DNA of 60,177 nt, filler included, from Hausera hauseri (Eukaryota), in NCBI GenBank assembly GCA_046269625.1. It is 12 parts of 12 records of this genome, joined end to end, with 100 filler letters (N's around TTAATTAATTAA, not from the genome) between each part and the next. Parts side by side here need not be neighbours in the genome. Positions count along the whole stretch, not along the records: positions 35,485 to 40,728 come from JBJURY010300723.1; positions 40,829 to 45,719 come from JBJURY010401701.1; positions 45,820 to 49,830 come from JBJURY010822307.1; 9 more parts are not named here. One strand, given 5' to 3'. Positions 38,330-49,930 of the stretch are shown piece after piece. Position 1 is the first letter of the stretch; the number at the start of each line of letters is the position of its first letter. Below the pieces are notes generated by a model that worked only from the letters and a program-made list of their open reading frames with translations, did no database searches and was not told the origin of the DNA. A program made the position numbers and the translations under genes.

Positions 38330-40728
38330 AATGCCGCAGATATGTTATTGATGCAACTGGTCAAACAACTCACCAAGATTTCCTCATATACACAAAGGAC
38401 GAGACAGGGAATTCTTCAAGACAACATGGCTGAGCTCAAAGCCCTTAAGGTCAGTATGAAACTGGAGGCCACATATATCAATGTTGATGGCGAAGAATTC
38501 AATAGGGCCTTCAAGACCAAAAATAGGTCCATATTAGAAAACACTAGTATAGCAAAATGGCTGCAAGCGCACGAGAAGCTCATCCGTGAATACGGGAATA
38601 GCCTGGATAAGAAAAGCGGATGGACTCTGGAAACCATCAAGAGATTGCTTGTGTATGTTAACAAATACCTTCCCAAGCGGAGCTGTTCATATATTCAGCT
38701 CCATGAATGGATCGCTAATAAAAAGCATGTCAATGTCCATAATAACGACAACATGTTTCATGTATACCATCCTATCAAAACTCGTAATGGATCAAAATCA
38801 TGCATCACAACTTTGGCTATATAAGTATGTGCAGCACAACTACGACTTCAAATGTATCAAGTTCCCTCCATCCATAGACGAAGTCAAAAAGTTCGGGTTA
38901 ATCAACATGTCCACCAATGTCTTGGGATTTGATGAGGACACATTCTATCCCCTGGAAATATGCGATGCTCAATTGGAAGATCACATGGATCTGCTCCTAC
39001 CAGACATGGAGAAAAGAAACATTATGTTTGGATCAAAGACTTTGAGTGGCTAGTCAGATCACAAATTAAGAAACATCGTGGACAAATAGAAATATGTAAA
39101 CGAATATTATTCCATTTCAGCGACAATGTAGTTGTATTAAAGCTGAAAGAGCACAAAATGTACTGCAACAATAATTATTGTACAAGGCCAGATTTTCACA
39201 AGAACTACGCCGAATTCAAGGAGTTCGAGAAGATCAAGACCCCAATAGTTATCTATTAAGACTTTGAAGCGATCCCGCGTCCAGTTCAGAGTTGCGGTCC
39301 TAATCCACAACACAGAAGCACAACAGCATACCAATATCATGAGCTCTCATCATATTGCATGTATGCCAAAAAACTGGACAGTGAACCACATCTATTCAAG
39401 GGACCAGGCGAGCAGCTCATTTCATGAAAGGACTTGAACATATGGTTCATAGGATAGAAAATATGCTGCAGCAACATAAGGACAACATGAGCATGTCGAA
39501 GAAGAAAGCAGAAGAATGGCGCAAGGCAACAGATCTTACTTGTGCGACAAGTCCTTCAAAAACGAGATTCATAAAGTCAAAAATCATTGCCATTTTACAG
39601 GTGCATATCGAAGGGCAGCATGCAATAACTGCAATTTTCGCTGCAAAACATGCACATATGTGCCTGTAGTGTTCTATAATCTCAGTGGATATGATTCCCA
39701 CTTCATTGTTCGGGAACTGGAAAACATTGAAGGAAATATTGAGGTGGTCCCCAACAGTGAGAAGTATATCACCTTTACGACAGTTTCCGTTTCATGTCGT
39801 CTTCACTTGACACTAGTGAAGAACCTCCCTGCACAAGAACTCAAGGAGACAAAGCGGTTCTTCCCCACTACATTTGACCTCGCAAAGAAGAAAAGCGTGT
39901 TTCCCTATGACTACATAACCTCATGGAAAACACTGCATGAGACCTCATGGCCGGCCAAGAAAGACTGATTGTGATATCAGTAATATGGACTACCAGCATG
40001 CTCAGAACGTATGGCATGCATTCTAATGCCGAACATTAGGGGAATACAGCGACATATACCTCAAGACGAACGTTCTGCTGCTGACAGTTGCCTTTGAGAG
40101 TTTCAGGGATGTCACAATGAAGAGCCATGCTTTGGATCAGGCTCATTTCTTTACAGCACCAGGGATGACCTGGGCAGAAATGCTGAGATATACAGATGTC
40201 CGACTGCAGATTATAAAGGACTAAGACATGATCCTTATAATTGAGAGAGACATTAGAGGTGGAATATATCAGACCATCCACCGGTATACCGAGGCCAGCA
40301 ACAAATATATGGCCCAGTATAATCCATCCAAAGAATCCTCATATATATAATACCTGGATGCCAAAAACCGGTATGGTTGTGCAATGAGCGCCCCATTGCC
40401 ATATGATAACTTCATATGGGTCGAGAATCCTGAAAACATCCCTATACTGGACCTGGATCCCACTGGAGATATGGGAAACATGCTTGAGGTGTATGTAGAG
40501 AATCCGGCTTCTATTCACAGAAGACAACAACAGCTGCCTTTCTTCCCTGAAAGCAAGCCTCCGCCCCATGGAAAGCACAAAATCCATAGAAAGCATAGAA
40601 GATCCATCGAGCCCTTAGTTCAGCCAGTTCAACTGGCTGCAGCCCTACATAGACCTCAATACGAAGCTGCGGACAAATGCCAAGAACGATTGTGAGACGG
40701 AGCAGTTCAAGTTGTAAAACAACAGCGT
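38330..40728 (+). pseudogene. Protein-primed family-B DNA polymerase (Polinton/adintovirus-like), decayed and 3'-truncated
   Basis: SGWTLE, HYVWIKDF, IY.DFEA, C..C..VKNHCHFTG.YR..CN, FYNLSGYDSHF, KSVFPYDY, YLDAKN.YG.AM. Confidence 0.9.
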
Positions 40729-42245
40729 NNNNNNNNNNNNNNNNNNNNNNNNNNNNNNNNNNNNNNNNNNNNTTAATTAATTAANNNNNNNNNNNNNNNN
40801 NNNNNNNNNNNNNNNNNNNNNNNNNNNNAAAGTGTTTCAGTAGGTTTGAAGTTGTATTTTTCATTTTATTGCAATAAAATGTTTCTTTTAGCAGATTAGA
40901 AAGGAATGAAAGGAAAAAAAACATATTGCACCTGATATCATCGCAATATTTACTAATATTATCGCCCTAATGCAAAGTAGACCTAAAGAAAAACATCAAT
41001 CCAGGCCTGACTTTGTCAAAAATACATAGAAAGATTTGCATTTTGTTCTGCTCTCTGGGCTTCTGTCCAAACCTGATTATCTGAAAAAACAGCAGAAACA
41101 GCTGCAGACGCATTAAAAACATCAAACTGGTTAAAACCTCTCTGAACTTCTGAAGCTCATTTTAGTTTCCCAGGGTCTGACATCTGGTTCAGTTTGTTCC
41201 TACATTGTTTGTGTTTTCCTTTTGTTAATAGAGTCCTGGACTTCTCAGTTCACTGTACTTAGTAGGTTCACCGATTATTTATCATGAGACCAAATTACAC
41301 TGCAGTGCTGTTTAATTGTACCAATTCTTAGTGCAACCGACTTCTACATTGAGTGCCCGTGAACGTAAAACCGGTAGGTGAATGAACTGGCTTTTCGGGG
41401 GAGGGGTTTAACCGTTTACAGTATAAGGCTACAGGCAAAGGATAACCAGATGCTTGTCGAATGCTAACGGTGAACACCTGAGTCAACAGGTGTTAATGTA
41501 AGCAACTGAAATTTGACTTTAAAAGTTCAAACAGCCACGAAACCTGGCTACCTACGGCTAAAGCATATCGTCTTCTACCAAAATGTATGGTCAAAAAAGT
41601 ATTTATATTTCCTAAGCAATTTTTTTAATCTACAGCAAAGCTATTTCTAAGAATTAAAAAACAATCTGCAAGCTTTACTTTTTGATCTCATTTTTATCCA
41701 TTCCTTTACTTTGCTTCTTCACCAACTCCAAAGATTTATCGAGTGCGCTATGACGCAAAATGTTTCAATGTTATTCAATCAAGAGTCCATTCGTAAAAAT
41801 TCCACCATTTCCCGTTTACGTCCAGCAGAGCTCAACTAGACAGATCCTCTAATGACGTGTATGTATGCATATCATATTTAACTATATACATGCAAAATTA
41901 AGCAAAATTTGTGTTCCTTTTTGCTTGACTGGCACAGAATTCTTCCTGGCTTCATTACTGACTAAACGCATTTCCTGATGACATTATCGACGTATATGAA
42001 CATTTTAACGTTTGTAAGTTGATCACTACAATGATGATTACCCTATAAGACGTACAATTAACATGCGCTTTCTATATGCACATGCAAATTTACCTAACAC
42101 TGCATTTTTGACAATTTTCAGTATTTGTTTAATCCCGACTTCCATACTGAATTTTATGCATGCGATTATCTGATTAAACAATGTTTACTGTATTTGCTAC
42201 ATTAATAAACTTCTATTCCATTTTTATTGTTAATTTTTTCGTCAG

Positions 42246-42880
42246 AAACCAAATGATGCGTTGGTATTGAAGTTCAAGAATTTAAACGAGAAACTAGAAC
42301 TTCAACAAATGTTTGGACCTGAAGCTGTATCAACGGCCACTCAAAATTTACCTACGAATCGAGGTAGAAACAACCAATTGCAAACCTTACGCTTCACTTT
42401 CGGTAAAAGGGATCCAACTTGGCCTAGTATTTCTCCTAATAAAATTGGTTTAACAATGGAACTGGTTGATGACGATGGTGAATGCAAATGGTGCGTTGTA
42501 AGATGCTCCGAAGAATATTTGAAAGGTGAAAAGGATTTGAAAAAAGCCATGAGATTTGGAAATTATCAAGATCATTTGAAAGTCTGGCCGTATCACATTA
42601 ATTCACTGTTGCAGTTGTCAGTGTTATTGGTGAATCGAGATTTTTCCATGGCGGCTGATCTTTGGAGAAGAATTTTTTATGTATACGAGACGATTACTCC
42701 AATGGGTTTATCGATTCTTCGTCCATCAAGTGCTGGTTATTTATTCAAGTCTAGTATTTCTTTGGATTATCGATATCGTATGAATCGGGGCATCTTTGTT
42801 GCTTTGATTCAGTGGGTTTTCTACCTTTGCCAGAAATCATGTTTCAATACTGCTCTCGAATATTGCAAAGTACTTCTAGG
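42246..42880 (+). CDS. TCF25: TCF25/Rqc1-like exon
   Basis: LNEKLELQQMFG, PYHINSLLQLS, LDYRYRMNRG.F, CFNTALEYCKVLL; in-frame AG acceptor at 42244-42245 and GT donor at 42881. Confidence 0.8.
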
Positions 42881-44645
42881 GTAAATGACACTGGAATTTT
42901 TATTTTATTTTTATTTCTAATGAACTATACTTATTAAATAGTGATTAAGTATCAAAAATTAATGTCTTTGAAAACCAGATTACTTGGGCAGACACTTGAG
43001 GAAGAATAGGTAAAATTAGTAATTTTTGAGTGGAAGAAAGATTCAAAGCATATCTATTTATTTAAAGAAAATACACCAAAATACATGTACAATACTCATC
43101 TTTAATTCTGAAGATTTACACAAATCGTACCAGTAGTACTGGAATCCATCTGATCCGTCGAGGTTTCACTTTTTCTCATCAGCAAAATGACACTTATCAC
43201 CATAAGACATGTACTTTATTGCAAATTGCAATGTGCTTCTTTGTGACATGGGGTAATTTTTGGTTTTCCTCGACGTTTCACTCATTCAAAATTCGGATTC
43301 TCTTTCAAAATGTTCCGGACATCTAGCAGTGCCTTTCTGAAAATCACGGGTCTATCATCTTTCAGTGATTTTTTGTGGACGGCCTTGGGTGTATTTTTGC
43401 TGTGTCGTCCAATTTTATAAAGTTATCTTGCACAGTTGATGAGAGATCTATTAATTTTTGCAATTTTCTTCTTTGACTTTACCTTCATGAAATATGAGAA
43501 AAATATATTTTCCGAATAATTTTAAAATTATTATTATTCAATTCATATAAATTATTACATTTTATACATTTTCTGTAATCCATTTTTGTAAAGGAATTTA
43601 ATAACACTTGCATGTTTCTTTTCAAAACACACATGGGCCCACTTGACCCGTAAAATTATGTGATGGAAGGTGTAATTCACCATATTTAGTTTTCAAGAAT
43701 TTTGGTAAATATTTTGCTATATTACCAGTTGATTTTTGAATGTCACCACCTTGTTTTCCATTTTTTAAGTAAATATTTTAATTATCTAATTATCTGATTT
43801 GATAATAATTAAATTTTACAATCTGTAGTGTTAGCAGACATAACAATTTACCATGTTCTACATGTCGCCTGTGTGTGTTTATCCAGGCTGCAAAGTGGCA
43901 TGACGTAAATCACGGCCACATTAGTGACATTTGTTAAATAGTTTGTTTTAAAGACTACATAAATAGTTAGTATGCCATTTTATCTATGTTAACATGGAAA
44001 CTTGTGACTGGGTAATTATTATTTTTTATGGTAATTGAAGGAGCGAAATCCAGACGTTGCTCTGTTCCTTTCTACACTAAAAATAAATCGAATGTGCATA
44101 ACCTACCTCCGAACGAATTTGTCGCGATTAAAATTGTCTTTTTATTTTAGATTCGATTACCAAAAACATTGAGATTTGCGGAATTTGAGAGCAGAATAAA
44201 TGATCTGAAATTTCCGTTATTTTGTAACTGTGCTCGTAATGAATGAGTCGACTACGTAAAATCCTAGTAAAGATTGAAATATGATTAAACACAGAATCTT
44301 TGAAATTGAAAAGAAAATAAATTGTTCAAAATGGGGTATGAAGATTCAAATTTGCACTACAAACTTTTTATTATTAAAACAATTTTTTTAAACATCTATT
44401 AAGAGGTCATAACAAATGTCGTTTAAAAAGGGCCAACGAATCCGGCAACAAACAAATATGACAAATGAAGAAATTACGTTGGAGAAACATGGAAAGCGAA
44501 TTAATAACGTGTCCAATAACTTTTAACAACCATTTGAAATTTGATCAGCAGAGATTGCTTTTAAATTAAAATAATGAATTTCAGCAGGACCATCTGAAAT
44601 GTGCATTTGTATTAATTGAACTTGTGGAAGAGGAATCTTACAACT

Positions 44646-45719
44646 TTATGGAATTTCTCGGCAGGAAACATTTTTGAATCTTTGTATTAATTCTGCACGG
44701 TTATCTGAAGCTGTTTGTATATGAAAAATAATGGGACTGTATTCTGCGAATGCTCCGCGTAATTTTTTTAGCCATTTCTTTACAAAATCTTGCTTGGACG
44801 TAAAGCATTGAAAATTCTGATTTGATAGATACAAGTTATCTGATTCTAAACAACGTTCATTATTCGGAGGCAACGGTGTATTATGAAATGATATTGTATG
44901 AGTGTTGAGTTTTTTGGTAAATGTTAGAGGTTCATGATTGTGATAAATCGAATTTTGATTAGGTGTTACAGGTTTGGTTTTTACAGACGCAATTTGGTTT
45001 GGCGGTGATATCAACGTATCTGTAGTATGATGTGGTTGAATCTTGATTGTACTTGTTGACTAAACATGATTGGTAGTTATCGGAATTTTCTGAAATGGAA
45101 CTGGAGGTGGAGGCACCAACGGCATTGTCAATTGTTTTGACTTTGAGATGTATTACCTAAGATGAAACGTGAATAATTCGATGAATCAGGTATCGACAAC
45201 ATTGTGATGATACTTGGGCCTTGCATAACCCGAATTCTGATAAGGCTCTGGGTTCCCATTACTTGAGCTTCTAACCTGATCAATGTATACAACGTCGGTA
45301 ATATTTCAGAGGAACATTCAATCAGTTTGGTACAGATGATGGAATTGATCTCTGATAAACCGTATACAGCTTCTAAGGCAAGGACAACTAAATATAAATA
45401 ATGTACAATTAAGTTGGAAAAATAGGATGTAAGTAATGACTTTGTAAGACTGATAGAAAGTGCAATTTATCATCGGACTGTAAAAGCAAACTTTTCTGTT
45501 GTGGACATACTTTTCGTATCATCGTTGTTTGAGTAAAAGTCGCGGATTTTATTCATTTCTGATTTCATAAGATTTGGAACGTGTTTATAAATGGCCTTTT
45601 GTAGGACGAAATCTGATTTTGTACAATTTTTATTCAATTGAGTTTCTTGAACTAAATACTGACAGAGCGGACAATAACGGTTGCTTTCGATGTACTAATA
45701 AATGCAACTTTTACAGAAT
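44646..45719 (-). pseudogene. Possible Gypsy gag N-terminal remnant
   Basis: Pro/Thr/His-rich tract and F..KKWLKKL segment loosely resemble the gag leader at 29393-29653. Confidence 0.3.
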
Positions 45720-45820
45720 NNNNNNNNNNNNNNNNNNNNNNNNNNNNNNNNNNNNNNNNNNNNTTAATTAATTAANNNNNNNNNNNNNNNNNNNNNNNNN
45801 NNNNNNNNNNNNNNNNNNNT

Positions 45821-45935
45821 AAGTAACTACCGTGTAGGATAAGGCCAACTAATTTCATAACACATTTCGTAAGAAAATAACCTTGACCTAACGCTAAACA
45901 TTTTTATATTCACAATGTAAACTATGTTCACGATA
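45821..45935 (+). repeat. Direct repeat copy A flanking the PolB unit
   Basis: AAGTAACTAC...TAACGCTAAACA..CACAATGTAAAC.ATGTTCACGATAA recurs at 49709-49830. Confidence 0.85.
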
Positions 45936-46399
45936 AATACATATATGTTCTTTGGTATAGCTACCAATTTACTGCATTCATATGCACATACTTGTAATTC
46001 TGGAAATGTGTTATTAAATATCTTCTTTCGTCCATCAGCATGATCCTTGACATAGAACGTGGCCTTATGTATATCACATATAGTGTCAATGTTTTGCATG
46101 AGGCAATCTTTTCAAAACTGGGTATTATATTCTTCCCACGTCAGTTTGTGATGATGTTTCGTCAAATAGACATCATTAACATCATTAGAGTCACTTCGCA
46201 TCAAAGTCAAAGAAGACTATCTTCAATGCGCGACATAATCTTGATGCATCTGCTTCGTAGCATGTTTCAGTAGCTGCAGCAGCAGCTGTGAAGCATATTA
46301 GATAAATTAAACGCGCAGCAGCATCAGGCGCAGCGGCTCCACCAAAAAGCCAAGGCAATGGCCAGTTGATGCTGCAGCATTAAAACGAAAAGTTCGCGG

Positions 46400-49300
46400 C
46401 TATGTTATTGACGCAACAGACCAAACAACGTTTCATGAGTTTCAACAGAGTGAATTCTCCAGGACAACAAGTCCTTAAAGCGAGTATGAAACTGGAGGTC
46501 ACATGCATCAGTGTCGATGGCGAAGAATCCAATAGGACCTTCAAGGCCAAAATAGGTCAATATGGAAAACACTAATATTTTAGAATGGCTGCATGAGGAA
46601 CATAGGAAGCTGATCCATGAAGCCGAGGAGAGCCAGGAGAAAAAGAGCGGCTTGACTTTGCCAACATTAAAGATATTGCGTGTGCATGTGTACAAATACT
46701 CTCCAATGCGTGGCAGTTCCTATATTCAGCTTCAGGAATGGATCGTAAGGAAAAAGGCATGCATCAATGTCCTTAATGATGACAACAAGTGTTTCATGTA
46801 TGCCATTCTATGTAAACTCGTACGGGATCAACATAATGCTTCACGAGTTTGGCTATACAAGGATGTGCAGCACAACTATGACTTCCGATGTATTACATTC
46901 CCGCCATCCATAGATGAAGTCAAAATTAGGGAGACTCAACAATATATCAATCAATATCTTGGGATTTAATGAGGAAGACAAATTTTATCCGCTGCCTGCA
47001 TGCGATGCTGAATTGGAAGACCATAGGGATCTGCTCCTGCTAGATGATGGTGAACAGAGGCATTTCATCTGGATAAAGAACTTTGAACGTCTATAGTCAG
47101 ATCCCAAATAACAAAGCATGAGCACGGAATCGAAATATACAAAAGATGTTTGTCCCATTTCAATGGTAAGTTAGCCGTGCAGAAGCTGAAGGAGCACAAG
47201 AATATTGTTGTATCCAGCCAGAATTCTACAAGCAGGACTACATCGGATTCAAAGAGTTCTAGAAGATCAAGGTCTCAATAAGTATCTATTGCGACTTTGA
47301 AGCGATACTGCGTCCAGTACCGTTGCGGCTCCAATCCCCAACATAGCAGCATAAAGGCATACCAATATAGTGAACTTTCATCATATTGTATGTATGCCAA
47401 AAGACCGGTCAGTGAACCATATCTATTCAGGGTCCAAATGCAGCAGCACATTTTATGAAGCTACTTGAAGACATGGCTCATATGATTGAAGATATGTTGT
47501 AGCAGAATAAGAATAAAATGAGCATATCGAAGAAGCAAGAAGAATGGTGGAAGGCAATAGCATGTTACTTGTGCGACAAGTCCTTCACCATGGAGAATTA
47601 GAAAGTCAAGGATCACTGTCATTTGACAGGCAAATATCGAGGCTGAGCCAGCAACAACTGCAATCTACGCTGCAGAACATGCGTGCAGTGTTCCACAATC
47701 TCAGTAGCTATGATTCCTATTTCATAGTTCTAGAATTGGGAAACATTGAAGGGAATATTGAAGTGATCCTTCACAGTAAAGAAAAATATATAACTTTTAC
47801 AAAACATGTCGGCAAAGTCCGAATTCGTTTCGTAGAGAGCTTCCGCTTTATGTCGTCTTCACTTAGCAGCCTTGTGAAGAACCTCTCTGCAGAAGAACTC
47901 AAGGAGACGAATCGATTTTTCCCCACTACATTTGACCTACTCAAAAGGATAGGAGTGTTTCCCTACGATTACATCACATCATGTGAAACACTGGATGAGA
48001 CCTCATTGCCAGCCAAGAACATCTGGCATGCATTCCAATGCTGAACGTTAGAAGAATACAGCAGTATATACCTCAAGACTGACGTGCTCCTGCTGGCGGA
48101 TGTCTTTGAGAGTTTTAGGGATGTTACGATGAAGAGCCATGTTTTGGATCCAGCTCATTTCTTCACGGCTCCAGGGATGAGTTGGACAGTAATGCTGCGC
48201 TATACAGGTGCCCGGCTGCAGATCATAAAGGATTACTACATGATCTTCATGATCGAGAGAGGCATTAGAGACGGAATATGCCAGGCCATTCACCGGTATA
48301 GCGAGGCCAACATGTATATGGCCCAATACGATCCAGCAAAGGCATTCCTGTATATATATCATACGTAGATGCCAATAACATATATGGATAGGCAATGAAC
48401 GCCCTATTGCCATATGATAACTTCAAATGGGCCGAGCATCCTGAAAACATCACTATACTGGACGTGGATCCCAGTGGAGATACGAGGTACATACTGGAGG
48501 TGGATATGGAATATCGGGCTTCTATGCACACAGGGCATCAACGGCTGCCTTTTCTCCCTGACAGCAAAGCTGCGCCCTATGGGAAGCATGGAAAGCTGCT
48601 CTGCCATGGGGTAGTAGGGATAGATATGTAGTCCACTAAGTAAATATTCAACAAGCTGTCAGGAATGGACTCCTCATTACGACGATCTATCGGGCCTGGC
48701 AGTTCATATAGTCCTACTGGCTGCACCCATATATAGATCTTAATACCAAGCTACAGACCAGTGCTAAGAATGACTTTTAGAAGGACCAGATCAAGCTTTA
48801 GAACAACAATAGCGTTTTTGGCAAGACTATGGAGAATAACCGCAACAGGATCAACATCGAACTGGTCTGAGTGGAAAAGGGTAAAGAAGCTCATTTCCAA
48901 GCCCAATTTCTATAGCAGCACAATATATATGCGGAGAACTTGGTCAGCATTCATTTGCTGAAAACATCGTTTGATATCAACAAGCCAATATATGTTGGTA
49001 TGGCAATACGGGACCTGTCAAAGACCCTAATGTACAACTTCCACTACGACATCATAGTCTCCGCACTCAAGTGCATACAGTTGATGCACATGTATACTGA
49101 TAGTTTCATCTATCTGATCCATACGGAGGATATTTTTGAAGACTTAGCTAAGTTGGCTCAGTATATGGATACGTCTGATTATCCGAAGTACCATCCCAAC
49201 CATTCAATTACCAACAAGAAAGTCCTTGATAAAATCAATGACGAGGTGAATGGGGCAATCATTGCGAGATATGTGTCTCTTAGGTTCGAAATGTATGCGA

Positions 49301-49563
49301 TTGATATATGTGGCCAAGTAAAGAAGTGTGCTAAAGGGGTTCAAAGGGTGACCTTAACCAAGAAGATTGGCTTCAATGACTGTGTGAGAGTTATGCAGGA
49401 GCAGACTCACATCATATCCAAAATGCGAAGGATCGAGTCTATGGTTCATAACATTGAGGCAGTAACATTACGGAAGAAGAGCTCAGTTTGGATGGACGAC
49501 AAGAGGCAGATCCTGAATGATGGAATAAGCACATTACCTCACGGGTATACTGCATTAATGTAA
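46400..49563 (+). pseudogene. Near full-length protein-primed PolB (Polinton/adintovirus-like), decayed
   Basis: GSSYIQL.EWI..KKACINV.NDDNKCF, IYCDFEA, FHNLSSYD, GVFPYDY, LKTDVLLLADVFESFR, DANNIYG.AM, NSVFGK, KPIYVGM, YTDSF, AKGV, DDKRQI. Confidence 0.93.
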
Positions 49564-49708
49564 ATATCTTTGTATTTGTTATGACGTGTTGTATTCAAGT
49601 ATTGTATTAATGAATGTGTATAGTATTAATTTAGTGTTGTATTAATAATAAATCATATAAAAATATCGTGTTGTCTTGATCAAGTAATGTGGGATATAGG
49701 ACAAGTCC

Positions 49709-49830
49709 AAGTAACTACAATATAGAATAAAATTAACTATTTTTAATAACACCTTTATTTCGCAACAACATAACTTTGACATAACGCTAAACACTTTTTA
49801 TAAGCACAATGTAAACCATGTTCACGATAA
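49709..49830 (+). repeat. Direct repeat copy B flanking the PolB unit
   Basis: Diverged copy of 45821-45935, offset 3888 bp. Confidence 0.85.
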
Positions 49831-49930
49831 NNNNNNNNNNNNNNNNNNNNNNNNNNNNNNNNNNNNNNNNNNNNTTAATTAATTAANNNNNNNNNNNNNN
49901 NNNNNNNNNNNNNNNNNNNNNNNNNNNNNN

